Origin: Chloroflexota bacterium
Lineage (GTDB): Bacteria; Chloroflexota; Limnocylindria; Limnocylindrales; CSP1-4
Length of the DNA: 45,066 nt
Direction of reading: 5' to 3'
Assembly: GCA_025454515.1 (NCBI GenBank)
Contig: JALOOH010000022.1
Span: 1 to 45,066, forward strand
Every line of letters starts with the position of its first letter. Within the stretch, counting starts at the first letter, position 1. The translations under genes were made by a program, and so were the position numbers. The notes below the pieces were generated by a model. It searched no databases. It saw only the letters and a program-made list of their open reading frames with translations, and was not told the origin of the DNA. Of this stretch, positions 15,395 through 24,047 are shown one piece after another.

Positions 15395-16837
15395 ATGAAC
15401 GGCATCCGACGGCGCGTCGCGGCTCTCGCGGCCGCCCTTTCCCTCGCCGTCCTGGTCCCGGCGGCGGTGCCGGCGGGCGCGGCGGCGATCGTCCCCGGCG
15501 GCGGTGTCATCTACGGCTCCGTCATCGGCCAGGACCACGGCACGCTCATGGGCGGCACCGTCACCGCCTGCCTCGTCTACGGAGGCTGCTGGCGCGCGAC
15601 GATCGACTCGCAGCAGACGTACCGGTTCGACGACCTTCCCGGCGGCGCCTTCACGATCGGCGTGACGCCGCCCTCGTACGGCGCGCGCTACGTGCCCGGC
15701 TGGTACGCGGCGTGGTCGCCGGGGAACTTCACCGCCTCGTACGGGAACGCGACGCTCGTCTACGCCGCGCCCCAGAAGATCCTGCCCCCGATCGTCGTGC
15801 CGGTCCGGGCGCCCACGCTCGGCTCGATCACCGGGCGCGTGCTCGCCTCCACCGGCGCGCCGCTCACGGGTGGCTCGGTGATGGCGTGCGGGCTCACCGC
15901 CGGATGCTGGAGCGTGGCGATCGGCTGGGACGGCCTGTACGCCCTCGGCGGGCTGCTGCCGGACCGGTACCGGATCTCCATCTCGCCGCCGCCGAACACC
16001 GCGTACCCGAGCGGCTGGTACTCGGCGTGGGCGCCCGGCTCCTTCACGACGAACCCGGGGGCGGCGACCCTCGTGTGGGTCGGTGCGGGGAACGTCGCGC
16101 TGCCCACGATCATCGTCCCCGCACCCGTCCTCCTCCGCGGGTCGATCTCCGGCTCGGTCATCGGCTCGGACGGCGGCTCGCTCGCCGGCGCCACGGTCAC
16201 GGCATGTCCGCCGATCGGACCGTGCACGGCGCGCACCGTCGCCTGGGACGGCACGTACCTCCTGCCGAATCTCGCGCCCGCGAACTACCTCGTCTCCATC
16301 GCGCCGGCCCCCGGCGCCCCCTACCTCGCGGGCTTCTACTCGTCCTTCTCCGCCGGGTACTTCAACCCGGTCCTGGCGAACGCGAGCGCGGTGCCCGTGG
16401 CGTACGTGAACGTGGCGCTCCCGCGCATCGTCGTGCCGCGGTTCCTCGTGGTCGGCGGCCCCGCGGCCACGCCGGCGGCTCCCGCCACCCCGTCCGGCCC
16501 GGCCGCGGGGACGACGGCCGCCCGGCCGCTCGCGCTCACGTCGTGGATCCGGCCCGCGGCGACGACGCAGGTCCGCTCCATGGTCTCCGTGCCCGCGGGC
16601 GCCAAGGTCGAGCTCGTCGCCCGGACCGAGACCTACTACGTCGGCCGCTCGGTCGAGGTCTGGCGCCGCGTCGACGGCGGCGCGTGGGCCCGGGTCGCGA
16701 CCCGGACGGTCGCGGCGGACGGCCGCGTCGTGTATCGGTTCACCGCCCGCGACGACGCGGCGTACCGGCTGCGCATGCCGGCCACCGCGACGGCGCTCGA
16801 GGCGGTCGGGCTCGTCCGGAGGGTCCGGGTCCGCTGA
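15395..16837 (+). CDS. Secreted protein with three carboxypeptidase-regulatory-like (prealbumin-fold) repeats, a Pro/Thr linker and a C-terminal Ig-like domain
   Basis: Signal peptide MNGIRRRVAALAAALSLAVLVPAA; three ~100-aa repeats of the form GxIxGxV...VxAC-x5-C...TY/LY...G(W/F)Y. Confidence 0.75.
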   Translation: MNGIRRRVAALAAALSLAVLVPAAVPAGAAAIVPGGGVIYGSVIGQDHGTLMGGTVTACLVYGGCWRATIDSQQTYRFDDLPGGAFTIGVTPPSYGARYVPGWYAAWSPGNFTASYGNATLVYAAPQKILPPIVVPVRAPTLGSITGRVLASTGAPLTGGSVMACGLTAGCWSVAIGWDGLYALGGLLPDRYRISISPPPNTAYPSGWYSAWAPGSFTTNPGAATLVWVGAGNVALPTIIVPAPVLLRGSISGSVIGSDGGSLAGATVTACPPIGPCTARTVAWDGTYLLPNLAPANYLVSIAPAPGAPYLAGFYSSFSAGYFNPVLANASAVPVAYVNVALPRIVVPRFLVVGGPAATPAAPATPSGPAAGTTAARPLALTSWIRPAATTQVRSMVSVPAGAKVELVARTETYYVGRSVEVWRRVDGGAWARVATRTVAADGRVVYRFTARDDAAYRLRMPATATALEAVGLVRRVRVR

Positions 16838-16891
16838 CGCGGGACGGCCGCCGGGCACTCCGACGGCCGCCGGATCGCGCGCACCGCCACC

Positions 16892-16929
16892 CGAAGGAGG
16901 GGCGGCCCCCCGGGGCCGCCCCTCCTTCG
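16892..16929. terminator. Long GC hairpin, probable terminator
   Basis: cgaaggaggggcggcccc-cc-ggggccgcccctccttcg, an 18-bp perfect inverted repeat downstream of the 15395 gene; no U-tract. Confidence 0.65.
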
Positions 16930-17001
16930 TGCCGTCCGCCGGCGCCCGATGGGCCGGTCGGCCGCTCGCGCGCACCGTCTCCGCGTGCGACCATCGGGGG
17001 G

Positions 17002-18537
17002 ATGCGCGCCCGTTTCGCCGCCGCCGTCGTCCTCGTCGCCGCGCTCGTCGTCCCCGTGGCGATGACGGCCGTGGCTCTCTCCCTGCCGCCACCCGCGGAC
17101 GCGGCCCCCGTCGAGGGGCCCGCGGAGGCCGTCCCGTGGACGGCGCCCGCGACGGAGGAGGGGGCCGAGGGCCCTGCCACCGCGATGCCGTGGACGGCCG
17201 CGCCCCCGAAGGCGGAGATCTACGCGTCCCAGGTGTCCGTCGTCCCGGGCGAGCGGATCGACCTCCACGTGAGCACGCCCGCGAAGACGTACCGGATCCG
17301 CGTGTACCGCGAGGCCGCGACGGCGGACGGCCGCCGTGTCGAGCTGTTGCGGTACCGCGTCGACGACCGGAAGGGCGTGGACCAGCGCAGGCGGATGACG
17401 ATGGACGCGCGATCGACGCCGCGCGCGAACTGGACCGTGACGGACACGGTCCGGACGACCAGGGCCTGGAAGCCCGGCGTCTACACGATCCTCGCCCTCG
17501 ACGCGAACGACACGCGCAGCTCGGCGATCGTCGTCGTCCGATCGCCGACGATCCGCCCCGAGGCCCCGCTCCTCGTCGTGCCCGTGCTCACGTACCAGGC
17601 GTACAACGACTGGGGCGGAGCGTCCTCGTACCTCGACGCACGCGGCGTGCGGTCGTACCGGGTGAGCTTCGACCGGCCCTACGTGGCCGGCCCGGGGCTC
17701 TGGTGGTCCACCCGGGACAGCAAGCTCGCCGGCTTCGTCGCGGGGAGCACGGACGATCTCCAGTACACCACCGACTACGACCTGTCGATCGCCCCGCCGA
17801 CGACGTTCCCCAGCTTCACGGTCCTCGCCAGGCACACGGAGTACGCCTCGAAGGCGATGTACGACTGGCTCGAGGAGGGGGTCCGCGTCCGCGGCGCGAT
17901 GGGGCTCGCGAACTTCGGCGCGAACGCCCTGTACTGGCAGGTCCGGCTGGAGCCGGCGACCGACGGAGCGAACCGGCGCACCGCCCCGCGGGAGATCGTC
18001 ATCTACCGCAACGACAGCGTGACCGAGGACCGCTCGCCCCGCGACCCGATCGTGGGGCCGACGACCACGACACGGTTCCGCGACGCCCCGGTGGGACGAC
18101 CGGAGGGCCTGCTGCTCGGCGCCCAGTTCCGCGCCAAGCTCGGGTCCGACTCGGACGACCGGTGGCCGATGGGGGTCGGCCCGGGGGTCCCATGGTCGCT
18201 CCTCGAGGGGACCGGCTGGACGCCCGGGTCCACGTACATCTGGAACCTCATGGCCGGCGAGGGCGACATGCCGATCCCCGGGCCCGAGGGGACCGTCACC
18301 ATGCCGATCCTCACGTCGCGGGCCGTGAGCACGACGCTCGAGGTCGTGTTCCCGGCGGCGACGCTGCGCACCTTCCCGTCCGGTGGGCGCGTCTTCAACG
18401 CCTCGACGCTCGGGTGGCCGCACCTGCTGCCGCCCGCCGAGTTCGATCCCGGCGTGAGCGACACGAGCTTCGGGACGTTCACCCGCAACATCCTCTCCTG
18501 GGTGGACGGCGACGACGGCGGCCCGCACGGCCCCTGA
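17002..18537 (+). CDS. Secreted N,N-dimethylformamidase beta-subunit family (DUF6605-like) protein
   Basis: Signal peptide; TYQAYNDWGGASSY, VSFDRPY, HTEY, ANALYWQVR and GGRVFNAST motifs. Confidence 0.75.
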   Translation: MRARFAAAVVLVAALVVPVAMTAVALSLPPPADAAPVEGPAEAVPWTAPATEEGAEGPATAMPWTAAPPKAEIYASQVSVVPGERIDLHVSTPAKTYRIRVYREAATADGRRVELLRYRVDDRKGVDQRRRMTMDARSTPRANWTVTDTVRTTRAWKPGVYTILALDANDTRSSAIVVVRSPTIRPEAPLLVVPVLTYQAYNDWGGASSYLDARGVRSYRVSFDRPYVAGPGLWWSTRDSKLAGFVAGSTDDLQYTTDYDLSIAPPTTFPSFTVLARHTEYASKAMYDWLEEGVRVRGAMGLANFGANALYWQVRLEPATDGANRRTAPREIVIYRNDSVTEDRSPRDPIVGPTTTTRFRDAPVGRPEGLLLGAQFRAKLGSDSDDRWPMGVGPGVPWSLLEGTGWTPGSTYIWNLMAGEGDMPIPGPEGTVTMPILTSRAVSTTLEVVFPAATLRTFPSGGRVFNASTLGWPHLLPPAEFDPGVSDTSFGTFTRNILSWVDGDDGGPHGP

Positions 18538-18573
18538 CGGTCGGAGCCCGCGGGACGACCCGCGGCGCGGCGG

Positions 18574-19272
18574 TCAGCGCTGCCGCGATGGCGTGGCGTG
18601 CCGATGCTCGCCCTGCTCCTCCGCGCGGGCGAGGATCCAGGCGAGGTCCGCGAGCCGGTTGAGGTAGGGGACCAGGTACGCGCCCGCCACCAGCCCAGCC
18701 CGGTCCAGCGCCACCGCGCGCCGCTCCGCGCGGCGGACGATCGTCCGGGCGACCTCCAGCGCCGCCGAGGCGCGGGTCTCGCCGGGGACGATGAACTCGC
18801 GGGGCATCTCCACCCGTGGCTCGAGGTCGGCGATCAGCACCTCCAGGCCGTCCACCATCTCGAGCGACACGCGCGTGCTGCCGTCCTGCAGACGGCCCCA
18901 CGCGTCCGGGTTCGCGGCGAGCTCGGCGGCGACGACGAACAGCTCGCGCTGGAGGCGGAGGATCACCTCCGCGATCCCGTCCAGCGCGGGCGACAGGGTC
19001 CCGTGGCGTGCCATCTCGGCCAGCTCCGCGCGCGCGAGGCCGAAGGCGGCGACCGCCTCGTCCAGGGTGCCGTACGCCTCGGTCCGCGGGTCGTCCTTCG
19101 CGATCCTGCCGCCGCCGAACAGCAGGCTCGTGGAACCGTCGTCGCCGCGCCGGGTGACGACGGACGACGATGCGAGGGGGTCGCCCGCCCCGTCGGCGCG
19201 CCCGACCGTGCCGGACGCAGCGGCCTCGGGGCCGGCCGCGCCCGGCGACGCGGCTTCGTCGGACCCCGTCAC
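18574..19272 (-). CDS. PduO-type cob(I)alamin adenosyltransferase
   Basis: TRRGDDGSTSL, KDDPRTEAYGTLDE, FIVPG, ARTIVRRAER and YLNRLAD motifs. Confidence 0.92.
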   Translation of the reverse strand: MTGSDEAASPGAAGPEAAASGTVGRADGAGDPLASSSVVTRRGDDGSTSLLFGGGRIAKDDPRTEAYGTLDEAVAAFGLARAELAEMARHGTLSPALDGIAEVILRLQRELFVVAAELAANPDAWGRLQDGSTRVSLEMVDGLEVLIADLEPRVEMPREFIVPGETRASAALEVARTIVRRAERRAVALDRAGLVAGAYLVPYLNRLADLAWILARAEEQGEHRHATPSRQR

Positions 19273-19610
19273 CACATCAGGCCCGCGTCGCGCGGGTCCC
19301 ATCGCTCGGCGAGGAGCGTGACCTTCACCGGATGCTCGAGCACGGACTCCGCCTGCTCGCGGACCTGGGCGATCATGGAGCCCGCGTACGGGCAGAACGG
19401 CGTCGTGAGGATCATCTTGATCTCCGACTCGTTCTCGCCGACGAGGATCTGCCTGATGAGGGCGAGCTCGACGACGTTCATCCCGATCTCCGGGTCCACC
19501 ACCGACCGCAGCGCGTCGAGGATCGCGAGCTCGCGCGCCCGCTTGACGGGGTCGAACGCCGCGGCATCGGTGGAGAGGTCGGCGGTCGAGGGGGAGGTGG
19601 CGTCGGTCAT
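19269..19610 (-). CDS. DUF59/SufT metal-sulfur cluster assembly factor
   Basis: LRSVVDPEIGMNVVELALI, LTTPFCP and WDP motifs. Confidence 0.9.
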   Translation of the reverse strand: MTDATSPSTADLSTDAAAFDPVKRARELAILDALRSVVDPEIGMNVVELALIRQILVGENESEIKMILTTPFCPYAGSMIAQVREQAESVLEHPVKVTLLAERWDPRDAGLMW

Positions 19611-19726
19611 CGTGTCATCTGATCCCGGTGCGGCTGGGTGCCGCACAGCGTACCACTCCGCGGCGAGATACCCGAGTGGACCGGTCGGATATGGGATCGG
19701 CGTGCGGGCGGGCGCCGGGCGGGACG

Positions 19727-20047
19727 TCAGGCGGGGGCGGTGACGACGACCCCGGGGGCCTGCAGCTGCTCGGGGAGCCCGGCCGCCTCGTCGGGCGTGT
19801 ACCCGGGCCCGGCGAGCGACCCGTCGGCCTCGATGAACTCGGCGTACAGGTCCGGGTGGGCCGCCGCGTACACGTACGCCTGCGCGATGCCGACCCGCCG
19901 CAGCTCCGGATGCCTGGTGAGGATCTCGACGAGCGCGAGGCCGCTCCGCCGCATGTCGAGGAGCTGGCGCACGGTGACGCGGCTCCCGTAGCAGAACGGC
20001 TCCCCGTTCATGACCAGCGGGTCGGTCTGCACCCACTTGATCGTCAC
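19727..20047 (-). CDS. DUF433 domain protein
   Basis: DPLVMNGEPFCYGSRVTV...EILTRHPEL...IAQAYVYA pattern. Confidence 0.8.
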   Translation of the reverse strand: MTIKWVQTDPLVMNGEPFCYGSRVTVRQLLDMRRSGLALVEILTRHPELRRVGIAQAYVYAAAHPDLYAEFIEADGSLAGPGYTPDEAAGLPEQLQAPGVVVTAPA

Positions 20048-20048
20048 G

Positions 20049-20531
20049 TCAGGCGCCCTTGTAGATGGCGTCGAGGATCGGGTTCCGGACGCGCGCGTCG
20101 CCGGAGAAGCGACGGTAGTAGCGGAAGACCGCGACGGCCGCGTCGATGCCGGCGTTCATCGGCTCGCGCTCCGCCTCGTCCAGCATCGCGGCGCAGGCGC
20201 CACGCAGACCCTCCATGAGGGCGATCGCGTCGTCCATGGGGACCCTGCGGCGCCGGTAGACGGGCGCGACCCAGTCGGCCCACTCGCGCGTCCAGATCGG
20301 GTCGCCCGACGCGACGGCCTTCGCGATCCGCTCGACCATCACCTCGGTGTCGCGCAGGAGGTTCCGGAGGCCCGTCTCATCCCAGCGCGCGCGCATCTGC
20401 GGCGATGCGGCGAGGGCGTCGCGGAGGGCCTTCTCGCCCAGGCGGGCACGGGCGGCGAGGAGGCGCGCGGCCGCGTCCGGGAGACCGGCCGTCATGTCCG
20501 GGGGCATGGCCCCGAGTGCGGGGTGGCTCAC
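20049..20531 (-). CDS. All-helical hypothetical protein, possible globin/phycobiliprotein-like fold
   Basis: LRNLLRDTEVMVERIAKAVASGD resembles the phycobiliprotein CLRD..Y.LR...YA..AGD helix. The start is GTG 20531 (8 nt after TAGACT) or ATG 20537. Confidence 0.6.
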   Translation of the reverse strand: MSHPALGAMPPDMTAGLPDAAARLLAARARLGEKALRDALAASPQMRARWDETGLRNLLRDTEVMVERIAKAVASGDPIWTREWADWVAPVYRRRRVPMDDAIALMEGLRGACAAMLDEAEREPMNAGIDAAVAVFRYYRRFSGDARVRNPILDAIYKGA

Positions 20532-20630
20532 GAGCATCGAGTCTAGCGTCCCGACCGCTCCGGTGCCGGCCGGCCGCGACGGGGCGGGGCCCGGCTGCCC
20601 GGCCCGCCGGGCCACCGGTACCATGTCGCC

Positions 20631-21119
20631 GTGACAGTGCCGCGACCCACTCCGGCCGGCGAGCCCGGCGACACGCGCGCTCCGGGGGCCCAGCGCGCGG
20701 ACCCTCCCCGCGCCCGCCCGGCCGCGCCTGCCGCCCGCGATCGCGCGGATCGGTCGCTCGCGTACGGGATCGTCGCGGGCGTCATCGGCGCGGCCGTCCT
20801 GTTCGTCCTGGCCGGGCCGCTCAGCGTGGACACCGGCCTGCTCGCGGTCGGCGTCGCGATCGGCTGGGTCGTCGGGGTCGCAGTCCGGACGGGCGCCGGT
20901 CGCGCCGGCGGGGCGGCGCGACCGGCGGGTGGGAGAGCCGTCACGGCGGTCGCGCTCGCCGTCGGCGGCAGTGTCGCAGCCTGGGTCGGCGCATGGGCCT
21001 GGTCGCGCGTGCAGGGAGGCGTGCTCGGGCCTGTGGATTTCGTGTCCCAGGTCTACGGGCTCCTGCTCCCGGTGCAGCTGGTCTTCACCGCCGCTGCGGC
21101 GTGGATCGGCTCCCGATGA
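20631..21119 (+). CDS. Hypothetical membrane protein (about 4 TM)
   Basis: Hydrophobic segments; TACCAT 6 nt before GTG; stop overlaps the next ATG. Confidence 0.7.
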   Translation: MTVPRPTPAGEPGDTRAPGAQRADPPRARPAAPAARDRADRSLAYGIVAGVIGAAVLFVLAGPLSVDTGLLAVGVAIGWVVGVAVRTGAGRAGGAARPAGGRAVTAVALAVGGSVAAWVGAWAWSRVQGGVLGPVDFVSQVYGLLLPVQLVFTAAAAWIGSR

Positions 21120-21661
21120 CCGGTGACGCCCGCGACGACGGCCTCACCCGTATCGCGTTCCGGCCACCCGTCGAGGCGGACCATCGACGGCTCGTCGACG
21201 TCGTGGACCACTGGTTCGGCCGGCCCGTGCGGGCCCGGCTCGGCCGGATGTGGTTCGAGCACTTCACGGGCACCTCGCTCGTCGGCGAGACGCTCGATCC
21301 GCGCTCCGCGGACCCCGACCTCCCACGCGTCGTCGCGTTCCTCGTCGGCTTCGCGAGCCCCGACCGGCCGGGCGACGCCGTGATCCACCTCGCCGCGATC
21401 GCGCCCGAGTGGCGACGTCGCGGGTTCGGGACGGCGATCCACGAGCGCTGGCTCCGCGACCGTGCCGCGGACGGCGCGGTCCGTGCATCGGTCGTGATCC
21501 CGCCCGACGAGCGTGTCGCGTACCTCTTCTACCGATCGCTCGGGTTCGAGCCCGTGACGGCGGGCTCACGTCCGCTCTGGGGCGTGCCGGCGTTCGCGGA
21601 TCACGAAGGGGACGGCGCGGACCGCGCGATCCTGACCCGCGGCATCGCGGCGCCGAGCTGA
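21116..21661 (+). CDS. GNAT family N-acetyltransferase
   Basis: IHLAAIAPEWRRRGFG acetyl-CoA motif A and FYRSLGF. Confidence 0.85.
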   Translation: MTGDARDDGLTRIAFRPPVEADHRRLVDVVDHWFGRPVRARLGRMWFEHFTGTSLVGETLDPRSADPDLPRVVAFLVGFASPDRPGDAVIHLAAIAPEWRRRGFGTAIHERWLRDRAADGAVRASVVIPPDERVAYLFYRSLGFEPVTAGSRPLWGVPAFADHEGDGADRAILTRGIAAPS

Positions 21662-21706
21662 GCGCGGCAGTCGGCGGCGCGCGCGTGCCGCGCGCCGCCG
21701 GTCGGT

Positions 21707-22864
21707 TCAGCGGTGCGACGCCCCGATGCGTCCCTCCGCGGCCAGGCGCCCGAAGCGCTCGAGGGCGCCGTCGATGTCGGCGGCGACGGTCATCCTCCCG
21801 AGGCTCAGGCGAACGGCCCCCATCCCCACCCTCGGCTCCACGCCCATCGCGGCGAGGACGGGCGAGAGCTCGATCGAGTCCGCATGGCACGCCGAGCCGG
21901 TCGAGGCCGCGACGTCGCCGACGGCGGCCAGCACGTCGGCGCCGGGCCGCCCCACGAACGAGACGTTCAAGGTGTTGGGCAGGCGCTCGACGGGATGGCC
22001 GTTGAGGACGACATCGTCGCCGAAGAGCGCCCGCAGGCCGTCCCAGAGGCGGTCGCGCATGGCCCGGACGCCCTCCATGGGTGCGAGGTCGGCGGCGAGG
22101 CACGCCGCCTCGCCGAGGGCGGCGTCGAGCAGCGCGCTCTCCGTCCCGGCCCGACGCCCGGACTCGTGGCCGGCGCCGTGGACGAGGGGCTCGAGCCGGA
22201 CGCCCCGCCGGACGTAGAGGGCGCCGATGCCCTTCGGCGCGTAGGCCTTGTGGCCCGCGATCGACAGCAGGTCCACCCCCAGGTCGTCGACGCGGGTCGG
22301 GATCTTGCCGATGGTCTGGGCGGCGTCGGTATGAAACAGGACGCCGGCCTCGCGGGCGATCGCCCCGATCTCGGCGATCGGCTCGACGGTGCCGACCTCG
22401 TTGTTCGCGTGCATCACGGAGACGACGAACGTGCGGGCGGTCAGCGCCCGCCGGACGTCGTCGGGGTCGACGCGACCGAAGCGGTCCACCGGGACGCGTG
22501 TGACCGTCGCACCCAGCCGTTCCAGGAAGCGGGCCGGCTCCAGGATCGCCGGGTGCTCGACCGCGGTGGTCACGATGCCCTCGGTCCCGTCCGGGCGGGC
22601 GAACCAGGCGCCGACCAGGGCCGCGTTGTTCGCCTCGCTGCCACCGCTCGTGAAGACGATCTCCTCGGCGGCGGCGCCCAGCAGGTCGGCCACCCGGCCG
22701 CGAGCCCCATCGACGATCGCGCGAGCCTCGCGCCCGCCGGGATGCAGCGCGGAGGGGTTCGCGAACGGGCCGCCCAGCAGACGGCGCATGACGGCGGCGA
22801 CCCGGGGGTCGATCGGGGTGCTCGCGTTGTAGTCGAGGTAGATGCCCGCGGCGTCGCGGCTCAT
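21707..22864 (-). CDS. Cysteine desulfurase (IscS/NifS group I)
   Basis: YLDYNAST, FTSGGSEANN, EHPA, HANNEVG, HTDAAQ, AGHK (PLP Lys), GTE and STGSAC (catalytic Cys). Confidence 0.93.
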   Translation of the reverse strand: MSRDAAGIYLDYNASTPIDPRVAAVMRRLLGGPFANPSALHPGGREARAIVDGARGRVADLLGAAAEEIVFTSGGSEANNAALVGAWFARPDGTEGIVTTAVEHPAILEPARFLERLGATVTRVPVDRFGRVDPDDVRRALTARTFVVSVMHANNEVGTVEPIAEIGAIAREAGVLFHTDAAQTIGKIPTRVDDLGVDLLSIAGHKAYAPKGIGALYVRRGVRLEPLVHGAGHESGRRAGTESALLDAALGEAACLAADLAPMEGVRAMRDRLWDGLRALFGDDVVLNGHPVERLPNTLNVSFVGRPGADVLAAVGDVAASTGSACHADSIELSPVLAAMGVEPRVGMGAVRLSLGRMTVAADIDGALERFGRLAAEGRIGASHR

Positions 22865-23562
22865 CCGGGGCCTCCTCCCGTCTCGACGGGGAGCCCCGCG
22901 AGACGCCACTCCGGATACCCGTCCTCGAGCCGGCGCGCCCGGCGGCCGAGACGTCGGAGCAGCGCCACTCCCTGGGGCGACATCGCGCAGTAGGGTCCCC
23001 GGCAGTAGGCGACGATCTCCACGTCGGTCGGGAGCTCGGCAAGTCGCGTCTCGAGCTCGGACAGCGGGATGCTCACGGCACCCGCGATGTGTCCTGCGGC
23101 GAACTCCTCGGCCGGCCGGAGGTCCACGACCACGGCATCGCCGGCGCGGACGCGCGCGACGAGCTCCTCGCGTCCCACCGCCTCGACGGGCGCCCCGAGG
23201 TAGCGGGCCGCGGCCTGCTCGGTCGTCCCGAGGCGCGACGCGACGGCCTGCAGGGCGGCCAGGAGCGCGTACGCGTCGTCGTGGGCGAGGACATACAGGA
23301 CGCGCGTCCCGACCCGGCGCGAGGTGACGAGCCCGCCGCGGCGGAGCACCTGGAGGTGCGCGGACGCCAGGGCGACCGAGATGTCGGCGCGGGCCGCGAG
23401 GGCCTCCACGGATCGCTCGCCCTGGGCGACGAGCTCGAGCAGCTCGATCCGGTGCGGATTGGCGAGCGCCTTGCCGACCTGTGCGAACGCCTCGTGGAGG
23501 TCGTCCTTGGCGACCCGGGTCCCGACCGTGGCTGCGCCGTGCGCCGCATCCGTGCCTCTCAT
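22861..23562 (-). CDS. ArsR-family regulator fused to a rhodanese domain
   Basis: GKALANPHRIELL wHTH, followed by DLRPAEEFAAGHIAGA and YCRGPYC. Confidence 0.92.
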   Translation of the reverse strand: MRGTDAAHGAATVGTRVAKDDLHEAFAQVGKALANPHRIELLELVAQGERSVEALAARADISVALASAHLQVLRRGGLVTSRRVGTRVLYVLAHDDAYALLAALQAVASRLGTTEQAAARYLGAPVEAVGREELVARVRAGDAVVVDLRPAEEFAAGHIAGAVSIPLSELETRLAELPTDVEIVAYCRGPYCAMSPQGVALLRRLGRRARRLEDGYPEWRLAGLPVETGGGPG

Positions 23563-23567
23563 GCTGA

Positions 23568-23589
23568 TATTCTATAACTCGTTTGAATA
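23568..23589. promoter_or_regulatory. Palindromic operator TATTCTA-N8-TTGAATA overlapping divergent promoters
   Basis: 7-8-7 imperfect inverted repeat; contains the minus-strand TAGAAT -10 lying 6 nt before ATG 23562. Confidence 0.7.
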
Positions 23590-23633
23590 ATCGACATCGA
23601 GCACCGTCCCGGCTCGGCTCCCGGAGGGCGACG

Positions 23634-23984
23634 ATGAAGATCCTCATCATCCTGAACGAGCCGGCGTACGGCAACGAGCGCACGTACAACGGGATGCGCC
23701 TGGCCGTCTCCCTCGCGAAGGACGACGGGATCGACCTGCGCGTCTTCCTGATGGGTGACGCCGTGACCGCCGCGCGGACCGCCCAGAAGACGCCCGACGG
23801 CTACTACAACCTCGAGCGGATGCTCAAGGGGTTGGTCCATAGGGGGATCGCCGTGGGCGCGTGCGGGACCTGCATGGACGCGCGCGGCATGGTCGACGAC
23901 CCGCTCGCGGAGCCGGTCCGGCGCGGGACGCTCGCCGAGCTGACCGAGTGGACGATCTGGGCGGACAAGGTCGTCACCTTCTGA
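23634..23984 (+). CDS. DsrE/YchN family sulfur-relay protein
   Basis: ILN.PAYG.ER, VFLMGDAV, ACGTCMDARG and WADKVVTF motifs; SD ggagg upstream. Confidence 0.9.
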   Translation: MKILIILNEPAYGNERTYNGMRLAVSLAKDDGIDLRVFLMGDAVTAARTAQKTPDGYYNLERMLKGLVHRGIAVGACGTCMDARGMVDDPLAEPVRRGTLAELTEWTIWADKVVTF

Positions 23985-24047
23985 CCCGCCGCCCGGCGTG
24001 GCAGTGCCCGCGCCCGCGGCCGCCGCCCGGCGCGCCCGAGGCTCGAC

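Noticed and set aside
19611-19726. Cobalamin riboswitch upstream of DUF59-PduO
   Set aside because: Only short hairpins and a TGgTACGCT -10 are visible; no B12-box consensus was recognised. An Rfam scan would settle it.
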